NCBI GenBank assembly: GCA_964450715.1
Contig: CAYVFC010000001.1
Location: forward strand, 18,336 to 82,335
Length of the DNA stretch: 64,000 nucleotides
Reading direction: 5' to 3'
Origin: an uncultured Sandaracinaceae bacterium
Lineage (GTDB): Bacteria; Myxococcota_A; Polyangia; Polyangiales; JAFGIB01
Each line of letters begins with the position of its first letter. Positions within the stretch are counted from its first letter, which is position 1. The translations under genes were made by a program, and so were the position numbers. Shown here in pieces: positions 8,711 through 17,275 of the stretch. The notes beneath the pieces are model-generated. The model was not told the origin of the DNA. It did no database searches and saw only the letters and a program-made list of their open reading frames with translations.

Positions 8711-10092
8711 CGCTACTCGGCTCTGGTCGGGGCCGTTCGTCCGCCACGAGGCTGCGGGCCGTCCTGCGGGCCGTCCTGCCGGCCGCCGTCGCTCCGCTGG
8801 CCTCGATCGCCGCCTGGGCGACAGCGGCGCCGGCCCGGGCTGACGCGCTTTCCAGCCTGGAGGCGCCCTTCCGGGAGGCGCTGCAGGGCGGCAGCTGGGG
8901 CCCGGCGTTACTGTTGGGCTACCTGGCCGGGCTGCTCACCGCGCTTACCCCGTGCGTCTACCCCATGATCGCCATCACCGTCAGCGTGTTTGGCGCGCGG
9001 CAGCAGAGCAGCCGCGGCCGCGCTGCGTTGCTCTCGGGGTGCTTCGTCCTCGGTATCGCCGTGCTGCTGACTCCGCTCGGTCTGTTCGCCTCGTTGACCG
9101 GCAAAGCCTTCGGCAGCGCGCTATCCAGTCCGCTGCTGCTCTGGGCCATGGCCGCGCTGTTGCTATTGCTGGCCGCGTCTCTGTTCGGCGCCTTCGAGCT
9201 CGATCTTCCGGTCGCGCTCAAGACCCGGCTGGCCGAGGTGGGCGGTATCGGTCCGCGGGGCGCTTTTTTGCTAGGGTTGGCCAGCGCGCCCATCGCCGCG
9301 CCCTGCACCGGCCCGGTGCTCGGCGTGCTGCTGACCTGGATCGCAGCCACCGGCCGCGTCTGGCTGGGCGGTGCGGTGCTCTTCGCCTACTCGCTGGGGC
9401 TGGGGACGCTGTTCTGGGCCGTGGGCACCTTCTCCCTGAGCCTGCCCAAGTCGGGCCGCTGGCTGGAGTGGGTCAAGAGCTTCTTCGGCATCGTGCTGGC
9501 GGCCACGGCCCTGTACTTCGTGCGCGATCTGCTGCCGGGGCTACACGACCTGGCCGAGCGTTCGACCGGCTTCCTGCTTCTCATGCTGGTGCTCGGGGCG
9601 CTCTCCGCTGCCCTGGGAGCCGTTCATCTGAGCTTCTCCGATCCGTCGCCGCTGCGCCGCCTGCGCAAGGGCGCGGGTATCCTGCTGGCGGTCCTCTCCC
9701 TGGGCGGGCTCATAGGCTACTGCGAGGCGCTTCCTCCCGGCGCCGAGATCGAGTGGCGCGAGCAGTGGAAATCGGCCCGGCAGGAGGCTGAGCAAAGAGG
9801 CGCACCCTTGCTGGTGGACTTCACCGCTTCCTGGTGCGGCGCCTGCGGCGAGCTGGACCGGAAGACCTTCAGCCATCCCCGAGTGGTGCAGGAGTCGAGG
9901 CGTTTTGTCTGCGTGCGCATCGATCTCAGCCCGGGCCAGGACACCCCCGCCAAGCAGGCTCTACTCGCCGGCTACGGCCAGCCGGGCCTGCCGCTGGTGG
10001 TACTTCACGATAGCTCTGGTAAACCGGCGGAGCGCGTCACCAGTTTCATGGAGGCCGAGCAGATGCTGGCCATTATGCGAACGGTTCGCTGA
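8704..10092 (+). CDS. dsbD: DsbD/CcdA-type thiol:disulfide interchange protein with C-terminal thioredoxin domain (start uncertain)
   Basis: LTPCVYPM and APCTGP transmembrane Cys motifs; DFTASWCGAC thioredoxin CxxC. Confidence 0.8.
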   Translation: MLTLLGSGRGRSSATRLRAVLRAVLPAAVAPLASIAAWATAAPARADALSSLEAPFREALQGGSWGPALLLGYLAGLLTALTPCVYPMIAITVSVFGARQQSSRGRAALLSGCFVLGIAVLLTPLGLFASLTGKAFGSALSSPLLLWAMAALLLLLAASLFGAFELDLPVALKTRLAEVGGIGPRGAFLLGLASAPIAAPCTGPVLGVLLTWIAATGRVWLGGAVLFAYSLGLGTLFWAVGTFSLSLPKSGRWLEWVKSFFGIVLAATALYFVRDLLPGLHDLAERSTGFLLLMLVLGALSAALGAVHLSFSDPSPLRRLRKGAGILLAVLSLGGLIGYCEALPPGAEIEWREQWKSARQEAEQRGAPLLVDFTASWCGACGELDRKTFSHPRVVQESRRFVCVRIDLSPGQDTPAKQALLAGYGQPGLPLVVLHDSSGKPAERVTSFMEAEQMLAIMRTVR

Positions 10093-10097
10093 TGACC

Positions 10098-10152
10098 CGT
10101 AGGGGCGGGCCTTGCGCCTGCCCGGGATGGGGCGAGCCCCTCCCCTACCTAC
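10098..10152. repeat. GTAG-type REP-like palindrome
   Basis: cgtaggggcgggccttgcgcctgccc...gagcccctcccctac between convergent genes; related copy at 13070-13096. Confidence 0.65.
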
Positions 10153-10174
10153 GGGAGATGGCGTCGTCTGTCGC

Positions 10175-11029
10175 CTACGACGTGCAGTAGCTGGCCGGCG
10201 CCTTGTTGATCTCGCGGAGCTTGCGCTCGATGGAGCGCTTGACGCTCCGGGGCGGTTTGCGCTGCAGCAGGGCGTCGAGCGCCTTCTTGGCGTCGGTGCA
10301 GGCGCCCAGCTTGAAGAAGGCGTCGGCCATTCCCAGCAGGGCCTTGTCCAGCGAATCTCCCTGGCCGTACTGCGCGAGCACCTTGCGCAGCTCGCCGAGC
10401 GCGGTGGCTGGCTTGCCCTGCTGAAGATAGCCGGCGCCGATCAGGTACTGCGCGTCATCGGCCAGCTCGTCTTGCGGGTAGCGGGCCAGGAATTCGCGCA
10501 GCAGAGCCCGCGAGCGGGGGTGGTCGCCGGCTTCGAAGGCCTCGCGCGCGGCCCCGAAGTGCGCGGTCCTGTCTCGCGGGATGTCCTCCGCGTCGATAGG
10601 CGGGGCCACACCCGTCTTGCGCGCCAGCTGGTCCAGGCGTTTCTCGATGTCGGCCTGGCGGACGGCCGAGTCGCTGGACAGCTTCTCTAGGCTATGGCGC
10701 AGCTCGGCCAGCTGGCCCTCCAGCAGCGAGATGCGCTCCTGCATCTGTTCTAGCATCACGCCCCGGTCCGCGTTGTCGCGCGTGACCACGCTTGCAGCGC
10801 TCTTGGTCAGCCGTTCCAGCTGCGCCATCTTGCCCGCCAGTTGCTCCCGGTCGGCGGTTATCTCGTCGCGAAGCGTCTCGATAGCCCGGTCCTGCGAATC
10901 GTTGGCCTGCTGAATCCGCGCGCCCTGTTCTGTGGTGACCCAGCACCCGCTGGTGAAGACCAATACGAGAACGGCTGCCGCGGACAGCCGCCTACGGCGC
11001 GGCGCCGCGTTCTTCGCCCGCAGGTTCAC
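10175..11029 (-). CDS. cpoB: Tol-Pal-associated TPR/coiled-coil lipoprotein CpoB (YbgF)
   Basis: Lipobox-like FTSGC, coiled coil, TPRs (FLARYPQDELADDAQY; ALLGMADAFFKLG); directly downstream of a Pal-like gene. Confidence 0.8.
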   Translation of the reverse strand: MNLRAKNAAPRRRRLSAAAVLVLVFTSGCWVTTEQGARIQQANDSQDRAIETLRDEITADREQLAGKMAQLERLTKSAASVVTRDNADRGVMLEQMQERISLLEGQLAELRHSLEKLSSDSAVRQADIEKRLDQLARKTGVAPPIDAEDIPRDRTAHFGAAREAFEAGDHPRSRALLREFLARYPQDELADDAQYLIGAGYLQQGKPATALGELRKVLAQYGQGDSLDKALLGMADAFFKLGACTDAKKALDALLQRKPPRSVKRSIERKLREINKAPASYCTS

Positions 11030-11049
11030 GATGCGATTTCTCCCGAGCT

Positions 11050-11730
11050 TCAGCGCTTCTCGAACTCCACGCGCCTGTCGCGCGCCCAGCCCGACTCGTC
11101 GCTGCCCTGGGCCATCTCCTCACCCACCGAGGAGTGATCGATCTCGCCCTGCACGCCCATGGACTTCAGGTACTTTTTGGCAGAGGTGGCGCGGCGATCG
11201 CCCAGCGCTAGGTTGTACTCCTCGGTGCCGCGGGGATCGGTGAAACCGGTCAGGTGCACGCCCTGGATGTCCCGCTCGCGGATGCAGCTCGCGTTGGCGG
11301 CCAGCTTTTCCCGCGCCGAGGGATCCAGGTCGCTCGAATCGAAGGCGAAGTAGACGGGCTCGATGTTGCAGGGGCCGGGCGGAAACGGCTGCCCTTCCAT
11401 GTCAGACATCCCGGCGCCGTCGTCCTGCTTCGGCACGCAACGGTTGGCGCGGCACTCCTCATCCACACCGCACTCTCCCGTATCGTTGCAGTAATTCTCG
11501 ATGACCTCGCACCTTCCGTCGGCGCACTGCTGCCCGGTCGGGCAGTCGGAGTCGCCTCGGCACTGCTGGCACATGTTGTTGACGCAGAACTCCCCCTCCT
11601 TGCAGTCCCCGTCGTCATCGCACTTTGGGTAGGAAGGACCGCACCCGAGCGCTACTGTCGCCAGTATCGCGGCGGTCATCCATATCGGGCCCATCCCCTT
11701 CGAACTTCGTATGCCCTTTTGCCGACTCAT
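11050..11730 (-). CDS. pal: Pal/OmpA-family peptidoglycan-associated lipoprotein with Cys-rich N-terminal repeats
   Basis: Lipobox ALGC; VYFAFDSSDL, GFTDPRGTEEYNLALGDRRA, SVGEE, DRRVEF. Confidence 0.85.
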   Translation of the reverse strand: MSRQKGIRSSKGMGPIWMTAAILATVALGCGPSYPKCDDDGDCKEGEFCVNNMCQQCRGDSDCPTGQQCADGRCEVIENYCNDTGECGVDEECRANRCVPKQDDGAGMSDMEGQPFPPGPCNIEPVYFAFDSSDLDPSAREKLAANASCIRERDIQGVHLTGFTDPRGTEEYNLALGDRRATSAKKYLKSMGVQGEIDHSSVGEEMAQGSDESGWARDRRVEFEKR

Positions 11731-11772
11731 AGGTATACCCTCCACATGTTCATGTGTGCGGCTGTACGTTAA

Positions 11773-11794
11773 TTGACACCGCCTTGCTTGTCAA
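11773..11794. promoter_or_regulatory. Back-to-back TTGACA hexamers (TTGACA-N10-TGTCAA): divergent -35 boxes or an operator
   Basis: Perfect inverted hexamers between divergent pal and the aminotransferase; TAACGT lies 17 bp from the minus-strand copy. Confidence 0.45.
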
Positions 11795-11846
11795 CGAATG
11801 GCGGGACCCGTAGATTCCCCCTTTTTTGAGAAACGGAGGATGGGCG

Positions 11847-13055
11847 ATGAGCGGTAACGGGGAGCTGGCCGGCAGGATGCGGGCGCTCAAGCGCCCGGCG
11901 ACCGGCGTGGTGTTCGAGCGCGCGGCCGAGCTGGTACGGGCCGGCATCGACGTGATCTCCTTTGCGGTGGGCGAGCCCGACTTCGAGACGCCCGAGAGCA
12001 TCCGCGAGGCGGCCAAGCGGGCTATCGACGGGGGGGCGTCGCGCTACACCGAGGCGCGGGGTGTGCTTCCCCTGCGCGAGGCCATCTGCGCCGACTCGCG
12101 GCGGCGGCGCGGCGGGATCGAGCACGGTCCCGACCAAGTAGTGGTGAGCGTGGGCGCCAAGCATACGCTCTTCAATATCTCCCAGGCGCTCTATGATCCG
12201 GGCGACGAGGTGATCATTCCGATCCCGAGCTGGGTCAGCTACCCCGAGCAGGCGCGGCTGGCCGGTGCGCGGCCGGTGCTGGTCTCCTGCAGCGAGCAGG
12301 ACGACTTCCTGCTCACCGCCGAGGCGCTGCGACGGGCGGTGAGCGAGCGCACCCGGGCGCTGGTGCTCTGCTCGCCGGGCAATCCCACCGGTGCGGTCTA
12401 CACCGAAGGGCAGCTGGCCGCTCTGGCCGAGGTCGCCCGGGAGCACAGCTTCTGGATCGTTTCGGACGAGGTCTACTGCCAGCTGACCTACGATGGCTTC
12501 CGACAGCGCTCCATTCTCGAGGTGGCGCCCGACCTGCGCGATCGCATCGCGGTTGTGGACGGCGTGAGCAAGAGCCACGCCATGACCGGCTGGCGTATCG
12601 GCTGGCTGCTCGGGTCCGAGCGGCTGGCCGCGGCCTGCGCCATCATCCAGAGCCAGGTAGTCAGCAATCCGACTGCCGTGGCTCAGCACGCGGCCCTGGC
12701 CGCGTTGAGCGGAGAGCAGGCAAGCGTCGAGCAGATGCGCGCGGTCTTCGAGCAGCGCCGCGAGCGGATGGTCAGCGGACTGAACGCCATCGCGCCGTTG
12801 AGCTGCCGGATGCCCAGGGGGGCCTTCTACGCCTTCGTCGATGCGCGCGGCTTGCTGGGTAAGCGGACGCAGGGCGGTACGCTGCATGACGACGCGCAGA
12901 TCGCCGGCTGGTTGCTGGAAGAGGCCAGGGTAGCCGTGGTGCCCGGCAGCGCTTTCGGCGCACCGGGTTATCTTCGCTTCAGCTTCGCGGTATCGGTGGA
13001 CCGGATCGAGGCGGGGCTCGGGCGCGTCGCTGACGCGATCGCGCGCCTGGGTTGA
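11847..13055 (+). CDS. aspC: PLP-dependent class I/II aminotransferase (AspC-like)
   Basis: FAVGEPDF, GAKH, WVSY, SPGNPTG, SDEVY, VSKSHAMTGWRIG, GAFY, YLRFSFA. Confidence 0.88.
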   Translation: MSGNGELAGRMRALKRPATGVVFERAAELVRAGIDVISFAVGEPDFETPESIREAAKRAIDGGASRYTEARGVLPLREAICADSRRRRGGIEHGPDQVVVSVGAKHTLFNISQALYDPGDEVIIPIPSWVSYPEQARLAGARPVLVSCSEQDDFLLTAEALRRAVSERTRALVLCSPGNPTGAVYTEGQLAALAEVAREHSFWIVSDEVYCQLTYDGFRQRSILEVAPDLRDRIAVVDGVSKSHAMTGWRIGWLLGSERLAAACAIIQSQVVSNPTAVAQHAALAALSGEQASVEQMRAVFEQRRERMVSGLNAIAPLSCRMPRGAFYAFVDARGLLGKRTQGGTLHDDAQIAGWLLEEARVAVVPGSAFGAPGYLRFSFAVSVDRIEAGLGRVADAIARLG

Positions 13056-13069
13056 CGCCCGGTTTCGGC

Positions 13070-13096
13070 CGGCCGGGCGCCAGGCCCGCCCCTACG
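13070..13096 (-). repeat. GTAG-type REP-like element (second copy)
   Basis: Reverse complement cgtaggggcgggcctggcgcccggcc matches the 10098 copy. Confidence 0.6.
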
Positions 13097-13114
13097 CTCC
13101 GGTACCCCCGCGTT

Positions 13115-14131
13115 CTATTCGTCGAGCTCGGGGCTGCGCGGCTCCCCGTTATCATTCGCGCCGGTCGCGGCCACGGCGCGGGCGACCAGCACCATGGCCA
13201 GCGTGAAGGTGACCAGGCGTTCCGGCGAGCAGGGCGCGTAGCCGGCAGCCATCCAGGCGAGCAGGCCCGCGCCCACCTGCCTGCGGTTGGCCTCGCTTCC
13301 CACCAGCGCACCGAACGCGGCCGAGAAAGCCAGGGTGAGCGGAAGGACATAGAGCACCGGTAGCTTGTCCGAGAAGAAGTCGACTCCCTGGGAGAGGCGC
13401 AGAAGCTCGGTGAAGTACCGGGGAGAGATGGCGAGCGCCTGGAACAGGCTCCAGACGGCCGGCAGCAACACGGCGAAGCTGAGCAGGCGAGCGAACACGC
13501 CACGCCGCCCGCGCTCGACCGGAAAGGCCGTTAGCGTCAAACCCAGCAGCCCGAGCAGGTAGCTTATCTCACCCAGGTCCCGCATGACCTCGAGCGTTAC
13601 GATCTGCCAGGCATCCAGCTGCCGGTGCGCCATTACCGGTACCACCTGGGCGGGGAAAGCCAGCAGCGCGGCGGCCGCGCAGAGAAGCCCGGCGGCGCGC
13701 GCCGGCAAGAGCGAGGTGTTGCGCACCGCATTCATGCATACGGCCACCGCCAGCACGTTGGCGGCGCCCACCCCGAAGAGGACCATCTCCGCGCTGGTAT
13801 GCTCCTTGGGAAAGAAAGCGGCCAGGGCCATGGTTGGCAGGAAGATCCCGGAGAAGGTGGCGACCAGCAAGCGGCGGCCTAGGCCGGCGTGGTTTGCGTC
13901 GCGTACGAAGAGGAAGAGCGCGACGAACAGGGAGCAGAGCCCGGCGATGCCCGCCAGGTTGGCGAAGAAGCGGCCGTGGGTGGCGAGCCGGAAGATCAGA
14001 TCGTCGCTGGCCTGGCCGCTCAGTGCGGGTATGGCCACCCGCTTGACACCGGTGGCGACGACCGCCGCCAGGGCGGTAACCAGGGCGAGCGGCGGCATGC
14101 TCTCCTGGGCCGCGAGATCCGGGCGTCTCAC
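13115..14131 (-). CDS. Hypothetical polytopic membrane protein, translationally coupled to ACP
   Basis: Many hydrophobic helices; GTG start overlaps the ACP TGA (GTGA). Confidence 0.75.
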   Translation of the reverse strand: MRRPDLAAQESMPPLALVTALAAVVATGVKRVAIPALSGQASDDLIFRLATHGRFFANLAGIAGLCSLFVALFLFVRDANHAGLGRRLLVATFSGIFLPTMALAAFFPKEHTSAEMVLFGVGAANVLAVAVCMNAVRNTSLLPARAAGLLCAAAALLAFPAQVVPVMAHRQLDAWQIVTLEVMRDLGEISYLLGLLGLTLTAFPVERGRRGVFARLLSFAVLLPAVWSLFQALAISPRYFTELLRLSQGVDFFSDKLPVLYVLPLTLAFSAAFGALVGSEANRRQVGAGLLAWMAAGYAPCSPERLVTFTLAMVLVARAVAATGANDNGEPRSPELDE

Positions 14132-14370
14132 CCCGCCTGTTGCCCCAGCTTGCTCTCGATCAGGGCGACCACCGAGTTCAGATCGACGATCTCCTCCAGC
14201 TCCTCTTCGGGAACCTTGATCTTGTAGAGCCGCTCGACCTCGTTGATGACCTCGATGGCCATCATCGAATCGATTCCTAGATCCTTGAAGGGAATATCGT
14301 CCGGCACTTCGTCGATCTCGGCTACTTCGATGATAATCTCCCGAAGCTTCTCCCTGAGGTCTTCGCTCAT
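14128..14370 (-). CDS. Acyl carrier protein
   Basis: 80 aa, acidic, DLGIDSMM phosphopantetheinylation motif. Confidence 0.92.
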   Translation of the reverse strand: MSEDLREKLREIIIEVAEIDEVPDDIPFKDLGIDSMMAIEVINEVERLYKIKVPEEELEEIVDLNSVVALIESKLGQQAG

Positions 14371-14713
14371 CTCACCCGACTCCTGTTCGCCTGTGAGCCC
14401 CGGGTTTCGGTCCGGTCGCCGGTTCGCGGCCGTCGCGTTCGGTCACTCGACAGTTACGGTCCCGAATTCGCTGTTCGTGGTCGTCAATTCGAATTCGTTT
14501 TCTCGTGGGATATTTAGGCCGGGCGACCGGAATGAATCGCTTTGCGTGTGATCGATCATTGCACGAGGGATCGGCGAATTACGCGGTTCGGGGGCTGCCC
14601 TGCCGGTCTCGGAACGGTTTGGTTTACAGAGGTAAAACGCACCGGCGGACCTTATGTAAAGTCTCTACCCCGGGGATGTCAAGCGGCATCATTTGCGGCA
14701 AAATTAGGCCGAT

Positions 14714-14729
14714 CGGCCGACGTGTTGCA
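14714..14729 (+). promoter_or_regulatory. Possible sigma54 (-24/-12) promoter
   Basis: cGGccgacgtgTTGCa with GG-N10-GC spacing, about 60 bp upstream of the KS ATG. Confidence 0.3.
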
Positions 14730-14790
14730 TTGATCGCGGCTCGGAAAACCTTGCGGGTGCTGGATCGATTCGGTATAGGATGGACCCAAA

Positions 14791-16029
14791 ATGAGCCGGG
14801 TCTACGTCACAGGGGTGGGGGTCATAAGCTCCCTGGGATTCGGGCGCGAGCGGTTTTCGCGAGCCATGACCGCGGGCGAGTGCGGTTTCGCACCCATCGA
14901 ATCCTTCGATACCGCTCTGTTCGGCCGTTCCATCGGCGGAGAGGTCAAGGGGTTCCGCGCGCGCGACTTTCTCACCGCGGCCGAGGCGCGGCGCTGCGGC
15001 CGCTGCTCGGCCTTCGCCATCGCTGCCGCTCGCATGGCGGTCGGGGACGCGGGGCTCGAGCCCGAGCAGCTGGGCGGCGAGCGCACCGCTGTGATCTTGG
15101 GAACCACCATGGGCGAGGGCGACGTGATGTCGGACCTGGAGCACGTCTGGATCCACGAGGGCTTGCAGGCGGTCGAGACCGCTAAGTTACCGCGCTACGG
15201 CACCACGCTGCTGCCCATCAACGTGGCGCGCGCACTGGGGGCGCGCGGCATGGTGCAGACCTTTCCCGCGGCCTGCGCCGCCGGCAACTACGCCCTGGCC
15301 TTCGGCGCCGACCAGATACGCGCCGGAAGGGTGGACGTGGTCATTACCGGGGCCAGCGAGATAATGCACCGGCTGCAGTTCGCCGGCTTCGTGCGGCTCG
15401 GCGCCATGGCCCCGGAGAAGTGCCAGCCCTTTGACAAGAACCGCAAGGGCATCATCGTGGGCGAGGGAGCCGGTGTGCTGATCCTGGAGTCCGAGCGCCA
15501 TCTGGTTCGGCGCAACGGCCGGCCGTTGGCCGAGATAGGAGGCTCGGGCGTGGCCTGCGACGCGCACCACATCACGCGTCCGCACCCGGATGGAGTCGGC
15601 AACGCCCAGGCTATGGTCGACGCGGTACGCGAGAGCGGCATCTCGCTCGACGAGGTCGATTTCGTCAACGCCCACGGGACCGGCACCCATCAGAACGACA
15701 AGATCGAGTCCCAGGTCATCCGCAAGGTGTTCGGCGATCGGTCTATTCCGGTGAGCAGCCTGAAGAGCCAGATCGGCCACTGCATGGGCGCGGCGAGCGC
15801 CATGGAGGCGATCGCCTGTGTGGCGACCATCGAGAGCGGTATCTATCCTCCCACGATCGGTTACGAGACTCCAGATCCGGAGTGCGACGTGAACCTGGTG
15901 GCCAACCGGGCCGTGCAGGGCAAGGCGGATATCGTCATCAACAATTCGCTGGGATTCGGCGGCCACGACGCCATCGTGACCTTCGCGCGACCGGGACGGT
16001 TGCCCGAACGCGCACCCGCTCCGGTGTAG
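14791..16029 (+). CDS. Beta-ketoacyl-ACP synthase (FabF/type II KS-like), catalytic triad intact
   Basis: PAACAAG (Cys), NAHGTGT (His), KSQIGH (His), NNSLGFGG. Confidence 0.92.
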   Translation: MSRVYVTGVGVISSLGFGRERFSRAMTAGECGFAPIESFDTALFGRSIGGEVKGFRARDFLTAAEARRCGRCSAFAIAAARMAVGDAGLEPEQLGGERTAVILGTTMGEGDVMSDLEHVWIHEGLQAVETAKLPRYGTTLLPINVARALGARGMVQTFPAACAAGNYALAFGADQIRAGRVDVVITGASEIMHRLQFAGFVRLGAMAPEKCQPFDKNRKGIIVGEGAGVLILESERHLVRRNGRPLAEIGGSGVACDAHHITRPHPDGVGNAQAMVDAVRESGISLDEVDFVNAHGTGTHQNDKIESQVIRKVFGDRSIPVSSLKSQIGHCMGAASAMEAIACVATIESGIYPPTIGYETPDPECDVNLVANRAVQGKADIVINNSLGFGGHDAIVTFARPGRLPERAPAPV

Positions 16030-16054
16030 TAGAACCGCACCGTATTATACTACC

Positions 16055-17275
16055 GTGATCCCTCTCGCCATAACCGGTTACGCGGTTGTCAGCCCCTTGG
16101 GCGTCGGGCGGTCTCAGTGGTTGGAGGCGCTGCGCGATCCAGCGGCGTCGAGCGCCCGGGCCTTCGCCGTTCCCACCGTGCTCCGACCGGATACGGTGCC
16201 CGGAGCGCTGGCCGCCGAGGTCTGGGGATTCGACGCCACGCAGTATCTGGGCCCCAAGGGGCTGCGCAACTTCGACCGGCTGACGCGCTTCCTGATCGTG
16301 GCCGGCAAGCTGGCGCTAGAGGACGCAGGAGTCAAGAAGCAGGGGGCGTTCGTCGCGCTCTCTCCGGAGCGGGTGGGGGTCTGTTCGGCCACCGCCTACG
16401 GGTCGCTCGATTCGATCACCGAGATGATGCTGGTCTCGGAGCTGGAGGATCCGCGCTACGTCAACCCGGCCCGCTTTCCCAACACGGTGATCAACTCGGC
16501 CGCCGCCTACGTGAGCATCTGGGAGGACCTGCGCGCGCCCAATACCACCATTGTGGACGGCAACTGCGGCGCGCTGGATGCCGTGCTCACCTGCGAGACG
16601 CACCTCGCCAACAACCGCGCCGACGCCTTTCTGGTGGGCGGCGGCGAGGTGCTGAGCGAGCCGCTCTACATCGCTTTCCGCAAGCTCGAGCTGCTGGCGG
16701 AGGGCGCGGAGGGCTACCGGCCCGGCGAGCCCGGCAGCCGAGGAATGCGCCTGAGCGAGGGTGCGGCATTCCTTTGTATGGAGCCGGTAGAGGGCGCGCG
16801 GCGGCGCGGCGCCGAGATCCGCGCCACCGTGGTGGGCTACGGCAACACCTTCGAGCCGCCCGCCTCCGAGGCCGTGCTGGCCCACGCCTCCCCGCGGTCG
16901 ATCGACCGGGCGGTGCGCCTGGCATTGCGCGAGGCGGGTATGCAGCCCGGGGAGATCGACCTGGTGTGCCTCTCCGCCAACGGCATCGAGCAGTTCGACG
17001 GCGCGGAGCTACAGGCGGTCCGGGAGATCGTCAATCCGCAGGTGGCCATCGCCGCGCCCAAGTCCCTATACGGCGAGAGCCTGGGGGCGAGCGGCGCCAT
17101 GGGCATGGCGGCGGTGCTGGGCTGGTTCGAGGGGGTGCAGCCGGCGCCGCTGCTGCAGGGAGAGGCAGCGGTGCCAGCGACAAACGCGCTGGTGCTTTCG
17201 GTGGGATTTTACGGCAACGCGTCCGCCGTGGTGCTAAGGAAAGCGGCGGGTAGCGGAAAGGCGGGTGAGGCGTGA
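16055..17275 (+). CDS. Ketosynthase-fold protein lacking catalytic residues (chain-length-factor-like)
   Basis: KS fold motifs (FPNTVINS, GGGE, LSEGA) but DGNCGALDA / CLSANG / KSLYGES at the Cys/His/His positions. Confidence 0.8.
   Translation: MIPLAITGYAVVSPLGVGRSQWLEALRDPAASSARAFAVPTVLRPDTVPGALAAEVWGFDATQYLGPKGLRNFDRLTRFLIVAGKLALEDAGVKKQGAFVALSPERVGVCSATAYGSLDSITEMMLVSELEDPRYVNPARFPNTVINSAAAYVSIWEDLRAPNTTIVDGNCGALDAVLTCETHLANNRADAFLVGGGEVLSEPLYIAFRKLELLAEGAEGYRPGEPGSRGMRLSEGAAFLCMEPVEGARRRGAEIRATVVGYGNTFEPPASEAVLAHASPRSIDRAVRLALREAGMQPGEIDLVCLSANGIEQFDGAELQAVREIVNPQVAIAAPKSLYGESLGASGAMGMAAVLGWFEGVQPAPLLQGEAAVPATNALVLSVGFYGNASAVVLRKAAGSGKAGEA

Noticed and set aside
11847-13055. Aminotransferase as part of the KS/AOS cluster
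   Set aside because: Convergent orientation, separated by a REP-like element, and an ordinary AspC-type sequence
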